Virus record (IMG/VR): IMGVR_UViG_3300004184_000006
Span: 8,993-72,992 of that record
Strand: one strand, 5' to 3'
DNA from: a virus
DNA length: 64,000 nucleotides
Part shown: piece by piece, positions 45,925 to 55,021 of the stretch
Position numbering within the stretch: the first letter of the stretch is position 1
Layout of the letters: each line of letters starts with the position of its first letter
The notes under the pieces: generated by a model
Database searches by the model: none
What the model saw: the letters and a program-made list of their open reading frames with translations, nothing else
Told to the model about the DNA's origin: nothing
Translations under genes and position numbers: made by a program

Positions 45925-46848
45925 ATGACCCCAGCCTCCTTTCAGATTATTTATGATGGTTCGGCACTAGAGAATCATGAAATGGATGTGAATGACCTTG
46001 CCCCTGCATTATTGGCTATTGGTGGCTTAATGGAGGAAGTAGGTAATAGCCTGTATGGTGAAAAATTTAAAATATCTGTCAGCGTCAAAGGATCATTTAA
46101 AACAGGTTGTTTTGGTGTCGAGATGATTGCTCATGCCAATAGCCTTATCCTTGAAGCCATTGATATATTTAATAATGCCAACACCACGGCGGTATTAAGT
46201 GCAGCAGGTCTTATTGGTTTGGTTAAATCATCAGGCGGCACATTGATTGGGTTTTTACGTTGGGCAAAAGGACGCAAGGTAGCCAGCACAGAAGTTATTA
46301 GTGACGGCATAGTCAGAGTGTTCATTGACAGTGAACATTATGATATTGAGCAAACCGCTTTGGAAATGCTCAAAAATTACAAAATTCGTAAGGCATTTGA
46401 CGCATTGATCAACGTTCCCTTAAGTAGGGATGGCATAGATTCATTTGCTGTTATTGACCCGCAACACCCACAACAGCCAATTTTGCATATTGAACGTGCA
46501 GAAGCGAATTACTTTGTCGCTCCTATGCCTGCTGATGAAGAAATTAACGACCAGACAACCATCGTTAGCCTGCAAATTATCAGTGCGGCATTCGCTGAGG
46601 GGCACAAGTGGAAGTTTTCCGATGGAACATCAACATTTTATGCGGAAATTTTAGATGAAGGCTTTATCCAGCGCGTACAAGCCAGTCAGGAAGTGTTCGC
46701 TAAAAATGACATCCTAAAAGTAAAACTGCATATTAGCCAATGGCTCACAGGACGCGGAATGCGCACCGATTACACCATAAAAGAAGTTATTGAGCATCGC
46801 TTAGCGCAACGACAAATTGATTTGTTTGTGCAATTACCACCAGAATAA
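45925..46848 (+). CDS. Uncharacterised cargo protein in the immunity region (rexAB position)
   Basis: 307 aa, IYDGSALENHEMDV...WKFSDG...FYAEILD; own TTGACA-N17-CAAACT at 45863-45891 and a downstream terminator. Confidence 0.7.
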   Translation: MTPASFQIIYDGSALENHEMDVNDLAPALLAIGGLMEEVGNSLYGEKFKISVSVKGSFKTGCFGVEMIAHANSLILEAIDIFNNANTTAVLSAAGLIGLVKSSGGTLIGFLRWAKGRKVASTEVISDGIVRVFIDSEHYDIEQTALEMLKNYKIRKAFDALINVPLSRDGIDSFAVIDPQHPQQPILHIERAEANYFVAPMPADEEINDQTTIVSLQIISAAFAEGHKWKFSDGTSTFYAEILDEGFIQRVQASQEVFAKNDILKVKLHISQWLTGRGMRTDYTIKEVIEHRLAQRQIDLFVQLPPE

Positions 46849-46874
46849 TTAAAAATTATTTCACCAACCTAACC

Positions 46875-46900
46875 AAACCAGCCTAACCGCTGGTTTTTTT
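46875..46900 (+). terminator. Intrinsic terminator (timm-like)
   Basis: AAACCAGC-CTAACC-GCTGGTTTTTTT. Confidence 0.75.
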
Positions 46901-46920
46901 GTGCCTGAAAATCTAGGTAG

Positions 46921-46984
46921 GTAACTTTTTGTGCCAAAAGGTAACTTTTAGTTCTTGACATTAAGTAACTAACAGTTCTATACT
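46921..46984 (+). promoter_or_regulatory. OL/PL: TTGACA-N18-TATACT with three operators
   Basis: GTAACTTTTTGTGC 46921, GTAACTTTTAGTTC 46941, GTAACTAACAGTTC 46965 (reverse complement of OR consensus). Confidence 0.82.
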
Positions 46985-47013
46985 TTACCCGTGCTTGAGA
47001 TTATTCAAATACG

Positions 47014-47024
47014 GCTCTTTAACA
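47014..47024 (+). promoter_or_regulatory. boxA antitermination element
   Basis: GCTCTTTAACA about 25 nt after the PL start, preceded by a hairpin. Confidence 0.7.
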
Positions 47025-47035
47025 TCGCTAAACAG

Positions 47036-47510
47036 ATTCAAATACATTGCTTGTAATCCTTTGCGCCCAACTAAATGATTTAGTAGGTGTATCAATCCGA
47101 AGATGGATAGGCAACCGCATTACACACTGGTGTTTGTATCGTCACGGACGAATAGAAATTTAATCGCTACCCATTCTAGCGGGTGGGTAGTGAGATTAAG
47201 TTTTTAAAACATAGTCGATGCGCGATTATGCTTATATCTAGCCCACTGGCGACGGTGGGCATTTTTTACGCTAAACAGAATAACAAAAGACTTAACTTCC
47301 AAGATATTTGCTTGGTATCTATGTAATAAAAATTTCACAGGGGTCTCTAATCCTTGACTAATTTAGCCAAAAGCTAAGTTAGATGGGTCACGGTTGCAGG
47401 CTCAATAAACTATCAATCCATTCTAGGCCTGTCCCTGACATATTACGCGGCTTAATGATGGCAATCCCTAGAGACTTAAAAGGTGTAGGGAAAATTGATG
47501 GAGCAACCAA
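47036..47510 (+). ncRNA. Long structured PL leader (several RNA domains, one terminator at 47241-47267)
   Basis: About 560 nt without ORF; nested stems 47039-47131, long hairpin 47156-47202, multibranch domain 47341-47508. Confidence 0.45.
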
Positions 47511-47549
47511 ATCACAATTCAATCACATTATGAAGTATTAGGAGACATT

Positions 47550-48449
47550 ATGTTTTTCAAAAATCTAAGCGTGTTCAGATTAACTGAGCAGTTTGATCGC
47601 ACTGCCGATGAGCTGGCAGAAAAATTACAGGCATTCGCATTTAAGCCGTGCGGACCTCATGACGAAGTATCGGCGGGGTTTGTGCCTCCTGTTGGTAGTG
47701 AGTCACTGATTCACTCAGTAAGCGACTACATGATGGTTTGCCTTAAAAAGCAAACCAAAGTGTTGCCGTCATCAGCAGTGACGGAGGCCTTTAGTGAAAG
47801 ATTAAAATCGCTTGAAGACGAACAAAAAAAGTTATCAGCAAAAGAGCGACGCGAGCTAAAGGATGAAGTTGTTTTTGAATTGCTCGCAAAGGCATTGACG
47901 ACCTCAAAGCTTATTTATGCCTATATTGATGTAAATAGTGGTTTTATCGTCATTGACTCAGCATCCAGTGGCGTAACAGAGGACATACTTAGTATGTTAC
48001 GCCGAAGCTTGGGGTCGCTGCCGTGTACAGCGTTAAATCCTGTTTTAAATCCGTCAGTGGTAATGACTGATTGGCTTAATGCAGGCACTTACCCTCAATT
48101 AGTTAATATTGATATGGATGCGGTTTTCAAGTCAGTAGACGACGAAGATAAAAGCGTTATTAGATGCAAGCATCAGGAGATGTTCTGCGATGAAATTATT
48201 GGCCATTTAACTGCGGGCAAAATGGTTGCAAGCATTGCACTTACTTACAACGACCGCATGAGTTTCATGCTGGATGATACGCTGACCATTAAAAAACTGA
48301 AGTTTCTTGATGCTGTTTACGATGACGTATCGGTTGACGACATTGAAACACCTGAACAACGCTTTGATGCCGATTTTGCAATTATGACGGGGGAATTAAC
48401 GCCACTTATTAATGCAGTGATTAGCTGGTTTGGCGGCATCGTAGAATAG
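47550..48449 (+). CDS. rdgC: Recombination-associated protein RdgC
   Basis: MFFKNLSVFRL...FKPCG...GFVPP...KVLPSSAV...IKKLKFLD...FDADFAIMTGEL. Confidence 0.95.
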   Translation: MFFKNLSVFRLTEQFDRTADELAEKLQAFAFKPCGPHDEVSAGFVPPVGSESLIHSVSDYMMVCLKKQTKVLPSSAVTEAFSERLKSLEDEQKKLSAKERRELKDEVVFELLAKALTTSKLIYAYIDVNSGFIVIDSASSGVTEDILSMLRRSLGSLPCTALNPVLNPSVVMTDWLNAGTYPQLVNIDMDAVFKSVDDEDKSVIRCKHQEMFCDEIIGHLTAGKMVASIALTYNDRMSFMLDDTLTIKKLKFLDAVYDDVSVDDIETPEQRFDADFAIMTGELTPLINAVISWFGGIVE

Positions 48450-48490
48450 CCGCTAAATATACATGGTCGGCATATCCGACACAACACCAC

Positions 48491-48517
48491 AACCGCTGAT
48501 AGCAAGGCGGTTTTTTT
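48491..48517 (+). terminator. Intrinsic terminator
   Basis: AACCGC...GCGGTTTTTTT. Confidence 0.7.
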
Positions 48518-48937
48518 ATGTCTGGAGTTTTTTATGCTTGGAAAAATTCACGGCTTCAAATTTTCACAACGCCGCCGCCGAAACCATATTTTAACGTGGC
48601 TTTCAACACGGTCTTACCAATCAGATTTACACAGGGTGACTTATGAGTGACATAAAACTAGATGAACATGAGCAGTCTTTATGCAAAGACGATCCAATTG
48701 ATAACCCGATTCCAGACTGTATTGTAATAGCAGCAATACTTATTCTTATCTCGGCTTTCATGTTTTTACCAATGGCAATATTCGGAGGTGAGTGATGTAC
48801 CAAACCATAGCAGAGCGCAAAAAATTGGCCATGCACTTAGCTGGTCTGGACCATAAAAACAACCCAGTGAAACATTATAGTCCGCCATATATTGAACGGA
48901 TTATTTTCGTGTCATTGATAGCTTTGATTATTGCGTC

Positions 48938-49927
48938 ATGAAACCGATTGAGCGGCCCGACGGTGAGAGACAAAAGGCAACGGGCTTTGATATTGCCAAG
49001 TTCAAGGCAGCAATGGCGGATAAGGGCATTCCAGTAAAAGAAGATTATTTAAGCAATGGCAAGGCGTACCGACTTGGGGAAATTGACCATAAAAACGGCG
49101 TGCTTCCAAGGTATCAAGATAATGCAAGTTACATGGATGGCTGGAATAGCTACGAGCCGATAATTATCGCGCGAACCGTAGGCGGTAAAAAAAAGCAATA
49201 CTCGCTCGCAGAAGTCACTTATCACCATAAATTACCAGAATGGTATTCAAGCATTTCGGATGCCCTTTATTACTCACGGGTAACTGAAAACACTTTGTTT
49301 ATTGACAGGATAAATGAGCATCACATAAAGCTTGGTACATTTGAAGAAAAAATAGCGCGTGATTCCCTGATTAAGCCCGATGTTAAGCGACTTTATCAGT
49401 CAACGATAGACGGCGGTATATCAACATCAACAGACGGCGGCATTACTTGGCTTAACGGCGGGGTTATGAGTTCGTCGCTCATTCCCGTTATTGAGCGTCG
49501 AATCGAATACCTTGCTGGCACTTCATATAGACGATGGATAACAGTCGGGCATAAGGCTACCGAGGCTGAGCTTAAAAAAGGCTCATTAACAAAACTAAAG
49601 CCGCCACCACCCACAAAGCCCGCTGAGTTCAATGAGTTTGAGTGGTGGATTAGGCACATAAAAAGCAGCGAGCGAGCGGGAAACACGTTAGCACTATCAA
49701 AAAGAGTCGATGACTACCCTCAGGATGAGCAGGAATACCTGCTTAAAAAAAGCAGTTGCTTTAATGAGTGGGAGCTTGAACAGCTACACGCCAATAGAGA
49801 GCTTTATTATAGCGACTATGGCGAGGTTATTGGATGGCGATGCCCCTGCTATTACGCAAGGCTTTCAGCACACCAAAAAGCAGTTAAACAATACGAAAAG
49901 GCCCTTGAAAAGTGGGCAAAACTTTAA
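48938..49927 (+). CDS. Hypothetical protein
   Basis: 329 aa in early operon, upstream of recT. Confidence 0.65.
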   Translation: MKPIERPDGERQKATGFDIAKFKAAMADKGIPVKEDYLSNGKAYRLGEIDHKNGVLPRYQDNASYMDGWNSYEPIIIARTVGGKKKQYSLAEVTYHHKLPEWYSSISDALYYSRVTENTLFIDRINEHHIKLGTFEEKIARDSLIKPDVKRLYQSTIDGGISTSTDGGITWLNGGVMSSSLIPVIERRIEYLAGTSYRRWITVGHKATEAELKKGSLTKLKPPPPTKPAEFNEFEWWIRHIKSSERAGNTLALSKRVDDYPQDEQEYLLKKSSCFNEWELEQLHANRELYYSDYGEVIGWRCPCYYARLSAHQKAVKQYEKALEKWAKL

Positions 49928-49942
49928 ATTTAGGAGTTAGTT

Positions 49943-51196
49943 ATGTCAGCAGTAATGAAACAACAACAGCAACAACAAGCAACCGCGCTTGCACCGTTAG
50001 AATCATTAAAGCGGTCCCTGTTCCCGCAAATTAAAGCTCTCGTCCCTGATGATGAGGCTATGGCAAAGTCACTATTTGCATCCGCTGTGCGCCTTGCCAG
50101 TGACCCAAAAATCATGGCGTGTACGCAAAACAGTATTATCAATTGCTTTACCCGCGCCATTGACCTTGATTTAAACCTAGACCCTGCCTATGGCGAGGTT
50201 TATTTCATCCCTTACAAAGACTGGCGTGACGGTAGCGTAACAGAGCTAACCGTACAGCTTGGTGCAAAAGGTCTGGCAGCTATGGCGCAAAGTCTTGGCG
50301 GCTGGCAAATACAGATTATTCCCGTGTTCAACTGTGACACTTACGAGGTTAAAAAAGTATTTAAAAATGGATGGATGGAAACGGAAACCACCCTTGAATT
50401 TAACGAAGCAGAGCGTGAGCTGCACATACATGACCAAGCATGGGTTCACTTGAACCTGCGGGCCATTGTCGCCACCGCACGGCGCAAAGAAAATGGTGAG
50501 TGGGTAACAATCAGTCTTGAGCCAGCGATTACACGGAATGAAATTGAACGTCGTCGCATGATGTCAAATAATCAAAAGTCATACCCAAAAATGGAAGCTG
50601 GTAAAAGGGCCAGACTAGAGAGCGGTCTGCCCATAGGCGTATGGCAAGATCATTATCTGGCGATGGCAGAAAAAACCGCATTAGCGGCAATGGCCAGAAA
50701 ACTGCCGAAAAATAAAGGCACTGAAAAACTGTTGAATACGCTTAATAGCGATGCAATTGACTCTACATCAACCGTTATTGATGACAGGCAGGTTGCTTTG
50801 CCAGTCCCTGCGAATCAAGACAAACCCATCGAGCATCTTATTCCTGCTCCTGAACCTGCACCTGCACCTGATTCAGTACAAGATCACTCTTCACGCGACG
50901 AAATGGCCGATGATGCTGAATTTACCGATGTGCAGAACTTTGACAGCCCTGTCAATGTTGACATTGAAACGGGTGAGATACTTGCTCAGTCGGGCGGTGA
51001 AAAAACCGCCGATGATGTGGCCAATGAGGTTATAAGCAAGCCGCTAATCACATTTACCGAAGAAAAATACCTCAAAGGCGCGTTGGCTGCCTGCAAAAAC
51101 AACAAGCAGTTGACAGAGCTTTGGGAAACGGTCCCCGCCGAACTGCAACAAAAGTACCAAGAGCAGTTTAACGAACGCCAGGACTTGATGCGCTAG
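49943..51196 (+). CDS. recT: RecT-family single-strand annealing protein with long acidic tail
   Basis: CTQNSIINC...LDLNLDPAYGEVYFIPY...QLGAKGL...WQDHYLAMAEKTAL...KLP. Confidence 0.85.
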   Translation: MSAVMKQQQQQQATALAPLESLKRSLFPQIKALVPDDEAMAKSLFASAVRLASDPKIMACTQNSIINCFTRAIDLDLNLDPAYGEVYFIPYKDWRDGSVTELTVQLGAKGLAAMAQSLGGWQIQIIPVFNCDTYEVKKVFKNGWMETETTLEFNEAERELHIHDQAWVHLNLRAIVATARRKENGEWVTISLEPAITRNEIERRRMMSNNQKSYPKMEAGKRARLESGLPIGVWQDHYLAMAEKTALAAMARKLPKNKGTEKLLNTLNSDAIDSTSTVIDDRQVALPVPANQDKPIEHLIPAPEPAPAPDSVQDHSSRDEMADDAEFTDVQNFDSPVNVDIETGEILAQSGGEKTADDVANEVISKPLITFTEEKYLKGALAACKNNKQLTELWETVPAELQQKYQEQFNERQDLMR

Positions 51197-51245
51197 TTAA
51201 TTGACCTAATCAGCCCGCAGACGCGGGCGCAACCAAGGTAATGCA

Positions 51246-51452
51246 ATGGGTAAAAAAATAATCATTCACTCATGTGAAAATCAAGCTGAAATGCTTGATA
51301 TTGCCAAGAACTATATTGGTGATAATCCTGTCGTGCAGTGCAAAAGCAATGGGTATCATGGATTGGTAGCAATAATGCGTAATAACAAGTATGTGGGCAG
51401 TGTTCAGGAGTCCAGTGTATCAATTATTTTTAAAGGTATTGAAAATGGATAA
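51246..51452 (+). CDS. Hypothetical protein
   Basis: 68 aa, AAGG RBS. Confidence 0.5.
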   Translation: MGKKIIIHSCENQAEMLDIAKNYIGDNPVVQCKSNGYHGLVAIMRNNKYVGSVQESSVSIIFKGIENG

Positions 51453-52485
51453 TAACAACCAAATTGCTGAATACAGCAAAACTGAAGCTGAATTGAGCGC
51501 GTTGCGAGAAGTTTGCGCGACAACGGTATTCGATGTCAAAACACCTTCTGGTATGAAGCAAGCTGTAAGTTTACGCGCTAAGGTGCGTGGACTAAGAACA
51601 AGTGTTGAAAAGTTACGCAAAGAAACTAAAGCTCCTGTTTTGGCTCTTGGAAAGCTTATTGATAGCGAAGCCAATAGAATAACTAACGCGCTTTTCGATT
51701 TAGAAAAGCCAATTGATGGTGCTATAAAAGCAGAGGAATCGCGCAAGGCGGAAGAAAAAAAGATTGAAGCTGAACGGGAGGCCAAGGTTCAAGAATGGTT
51801 TGATTCTATTAATCAGATACCAATTTGCTACATAGGCGTTTCATCACTGCTAATTAAAGAAAAAATTGAATGGCTTAGCGGCAATGACGACCTACATCCT
51901 GATTTGTTTAAATCTCGACTTAATGAGGCAAAAGCAGCAATACTATCAATCATCGAAAAGCTAACGGTTATGCTGCATTTTGCCGAGAAAGGCGAAAATG
52001 ATAGAGCCGAACTTGCCGAAAAAACCAAACAGCTTGATGAGCTGAGTGTTAAGCCCGATCCAGTCCATGAATCAACGGTATCAGTTGATAGTGTTACCAA
52101 ACCAGCGATTGTTAGCAATGACGATTATCAAGATACGATGTTCGGCCTGTCAAATAGCCAGCTAACGTTTATCAGTACCATTCAAAACTCCAGTGATGTT
52201 GCGGTTCGTAACATACGACGCATGGCAGGTGAATTACTTGCATTGCGAACTTCTTATGAGCATCTTTTATGGCTAACCACATCAAGGCCGATTGAGACAG
52301 CCCCAAGGCACGGTAAAAACATCCTGTTATCAAATGGCAGAATATGGAAACAGGGCTATCACCATGATAGCGACGGCTGGATAGGCGTTGATAAACCTAC
52401 CCACTGGCAACCACTGCCAAACACACCAATGCCTCAGGCTGAGGAATCTAACTTAAAAATCGCGGATGACGCGCTAGGAATGTAA
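51445..52485 (+). CDS. Coiled-coil phage protein with C-terminal DUF551-like segment
   Basis: LRTSVEKLRKETKAP...IDSEA...LEKPID; PIETAP...PTHWQPLP. Confidence 0.65.
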   Translation: MDNNNQIAEYSKTEAELSALREVCATTVFDVKTPSGMKQAVSLRAKVRGLRTSVEKLRKETKAPVLALGKLIDSEANRITNALFDLEKPIDGAIKAEESRKAEEKKIEAEREAKVQEWFDSINQIPICYIGVSSLLIKEKIEWLSGNDDLHPDLFKSRLNEAKAAILSIIEKLTVMLHFAEKGENDRAELAEKTKQLDELSVKPDPVHESTVSVDSVTKPAIVSNDDYQDTMFGLSNSQLTFISTIQNSSDVAVRNIRRMAGELLALRTSYEHLLWLTTSRPIETAPRHGKNILLSNGRIWKQGYHHDSDGWIGVDKPTHWQPLPNTPMPQAEESNLKIADDALGM

Positions 52486-52722
52486 ATGACTGTACACAGA
52501 GATATACCAGAAGTGATTGAAAGATGTAAAGAAAGCACATCGGTTTTGGCAATTTTCCAAGCACCAGAACCACATAAGTTTAATGTACTGTTTGCTGATA
52601 CCGTGCAAACAACAAAAGACATTAAAGCTGGTCATGACGATAGAGGCAATAAGCTGATTTGTATCGTTAATGTGGGTGATGGCATGGCTGAGTTGGCCGA
52701 AAAATTGAAGGCAGAGATATGA
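52486..52722 (+). CDS. Hypothetical protein
   Basis: 78 aa, coupled to ssb. Confidence 0.55.
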   Translation: MTVHRDIPEVIERCKESTSVLAIFQAPEPHKFNVLFADTVQTTKDIKAGHDDRGNKLICIVNVGDGMAELAEKLKAEI

Positions 52723-53147
52723 GCAATGTCTTTAGTTTTACAGGCCGCGTAGGTCGTGACGCGGAGGTGAGGTATATCCCGTCAGGTGCGGCTGTTTTGA
52801 ATGTGAACGTAGCACATGATGTTGGTTATGGCGATAGAGCGCAGACGATATGGGTAGAGTGCGCGGTATGGGGTAAGCGTGCCGAAGGGCAGCTTGTAAC
52901 GTACCTTAAAAAAGGTCAGCAGGTTTTTGTCTCAGGGGAATTGTCACAAAGCACATACAAGGCCAATGATGGCACTGAAAAAACCAAGCTGGTTTTAAAT
53001 GCCAATATCCTTGATCTGGTCGGCAGCAATGCGCCGCAATCACAAGCCGCGCCGCAATCACAGCACCATACTGATAGAACCCCATCGCCTAATGCACCAC
53101 CAAGAGATAATTTTGATGAGCCATTTGATGGCGATATGCCATTTTAG
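52719..53147 (+). CDS. ssb: Single-stranded DNA-binding protein
   Basis: FTGRVGRDAEVRY...VWGKRAE...YLKKGQQVFVSGEL; acidic DGDMPF tail. Confidence 0.93.
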   Translation: MSNVFSFTGRVGRDAEVRYIPSGAAVLNVNVAHDVGYGDRAQTIWVECAVWGKRAEGQLVTYLKKGQQVFVSGELSQSTYKANDGTEKTKLVLNANILDLVGSNAPQSQAAPQSQHHTDRTPSPNAPPRDNFDEPFDGDMPF

Positions 53148-53210
53148 GAGTCAGTTGTTAAGTAATCCTTAACAACTCAACAACCAAGCCCTGCTAGTCG
53201 GGGCTTTTTT

Positions 53211-53540
53211 ATGTCAAACAAGAGGCAATTTATGGCTGAATCGCTAACAACAAAGCAAGCCGCCAAATTTTTGGGCTGTCACGAAGACACAGTTTATAAG
53301 CTGGTTCGTGAGGGTAAAATTAAGGCCTGCAATATCGGGCGTGGGTATCGTTTTTTAATAGATGACCTAAAAGCGCAATTTGATTATGCTATCAACGGCG
53401 ATAACAGCAACGTGGTTGATTTTGGTAAACGCAAACTGGAGGATAAAAAATGCCAATCTATCAACGCGGGGAAACGTGGTGTCTCGACTATACCGACGCA
53501 AGCGGGAGGCGAGTACGCGAGTCTGCTGGGACTAAAATAA
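53211..53540 (+). CDS. xis: Excisionase (HTH_17-like)
   Basis: LTTKQAAKFLGCHEDTVYKLVREGKIKA...YRF; overlaps int. Confidence 0.8.
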   Translation: MSNKRQFMAESLTTKQAAKFLGCHEDTVYKLVREGKIKACNIGRGYRFLIDDLKAQFDYAINGDNSNVVDFGKRKLEDKKCQSINAGKRGVSTIPTQAGGEYASLLGLK

Positions 53541-54478
53541 AAAAAGAAGCACAAGAGTTACTCAATAAAAAAGTAGCTCAGGTGTTTGAAGAAAAGCGGC
53601 TAGGCATAATAACCAAGCCGCGTTACACATGGCAAGAGGCGGTTGTTCGGTGGCTATCTGAACAATCGCACAAGAAAAGTATTCACGAAGATAAAAACCA
53701 TTTGCGTTGGCTTCATCCACATTTGCATGATACCAAACTGGACGAAATCAATAAAACCATGATTGATAATATCAGGCTTGCCAAGCTGCAAACAGGCGTA
53801 GCGAATGCGACTGTTAATAGAATGCTGGCGGTTTTGAGGTCGATATTGAACAGGGCTAAGGATGACTGGGAGTGGTTAGATAACACGCCACGCATTAAGG
53901 CAATGCCGATTAAATCAGATCGGGTTCGGTGGCTAACTAGGGCGGAAGCTGAAAGGCTTATGAGTGAGTTGCCTCCACACCTTGAGGCAATGGCGCGGTT
54001 CACCCTTGAAACGGGGCTGCGTGAATCTAACGTGGTCAACTTGCAACGCTCACAGATTGACATGATTAGGCGGTGTGCGTGGATTCATGCTGAAAACTCA
54101 AAGAGTGGCAAGGCGATACCCGTCGCACTAAGTAAAGAAGCCTATCGCATAGTCAGTGAGCAATTGTCGGTAAATGAAACCTATGTGTTCACCTACGAAA
54201 ATCACCCCGTTACCCGCGCCAATAATCACGCATGGCGTAAGGCACTAATCAGGGCGGGTATTAAAGATTTTCGCTGGCACGATTTAAGGCATACATGGGC
54301 TAGTTGGCACGTTCAGAATGGCACGCCGTTGAATGTGCTTAAAGAGTTAGGAGGGTGGTCTGATTTATCCATCGTCATGCGTTACGCGCATTTATCCAGT
54401 GAGCATTTATCGGGTTATGCGGACAATGCAGGTGGGCTATGTGTCACAAATCCGTCACAGTCTGCAAAAAAGGCGTAA
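53450..54478 (+). CDS. int: Tyrosine integrase
   Basis: TGLRESNV, K(SGK), WHDLRHTWASW, LGGWS, RYAH catalytic residues. Confidence 0.95.
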   Translation: MPIYQRGETWCLDYTDASGRRVRESAGTKIKKEAQELLNKKVAQVFEEKRLGIITKPRYTWQEAVVRWLSEQSHKKSIHEDKNHLRWLHPHLHDTKLDEINKTMIDNIRLAKLQTGVANATVNRMLAVLRSILNRAKDDWEWLDNTPRIKAMPIKSDRVRWLTRAEAERLMSELPPHLEAMARFTLETGLRESNVVNLQRSQIDMIRRCAWIHAENSKSGKAIPVALSKEAYRIVSEQLSVNETYVFTYENHPVTRANNHAWRKALIRAGIKDFRWHDLRHTWASWHVQNGTPLNVLKELGGWSDLSIVMRYAHLSSEHLSGYADNAGGLCVTNPSQSAKKA

Positions 54479-54683
54479 ATCGTTTTTGTAAGTGCATGAT
54501 TTTTAAAGCCGATGGGCGGAATCGAACCGCCGACCCACACATTACGAATCTTATACTTATTAAATTAACATAACATAATCAATAACTTGCGGTTATCGCC
54601 ATTCCTGCAAACCCGTCACAAGCCGACACAACACGATACGACCATAATGCAACCCTACGACACTGTGTCACAAATTTGTCACA
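54440..54683. other. attP: core = 3' half of tRNA-Thr(CGT) (54508-54549, minus strand) flanked by arm-type repeats and an IHF-like site
   Basis: Reverse complement ATTCGTAATGTGTGGGTCGGCGGTTCGATTCCGCCCATCGGC; TGTGTCACAAAT(CC/TT)GTCACA at 54440 and 54664; AATCAATAACTTG at 54577-54589. Confidence 0.88.
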
Positions 54684-54784
54684 CCTAAGATTATTTAGTT
54701 TATGGCTCGCGTGAGTCATAAAGAAAATTATTTTAACCAACGAACCCGCTATATGCGGGTTTTTTATTGAGCATAGGAAAGAGA

Positions 54785-55021
54785 ATGACATTTCAGGCAA
54801 TTGTTAGAGAAAGAGAGGATGGCGATTTTGATGTTATTGCTGCAATACAAGTAAGTGGCTTGCAAGATGAGCTAAATTACATCCCTACCCAGTGGGCGAA
54901 TGAGATTATCGAGTACATGAATAAATGCGCTCCAAATGAAACATTTTCCACGCTTGAACTTGAAAATGTGACGGATGTTATTGAGGGCGACTTAACGGGT
55001 ATTAATGATGGTAAACGGTGA
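54785..55021 (+). CDS. Small acidic hypothetical protein
   Basis: ATG 54785 after purine-rich RBS. Confidence 0.55.
   Translation: MTFQAIVREREDGDFDVIAAIQVSGLQDELNYIPTQWANEIIEYMNKCAPNETFSTLELENVTDVIEGDLTGINDGKR

Noticed and set aside
54508-54549. Complete tRNA-Thr gene
   Set aside because: Only anticodon loop, T-arm and 3' acceptor strand are present, with no D-arm, 5' strand or CCA. It is an att core
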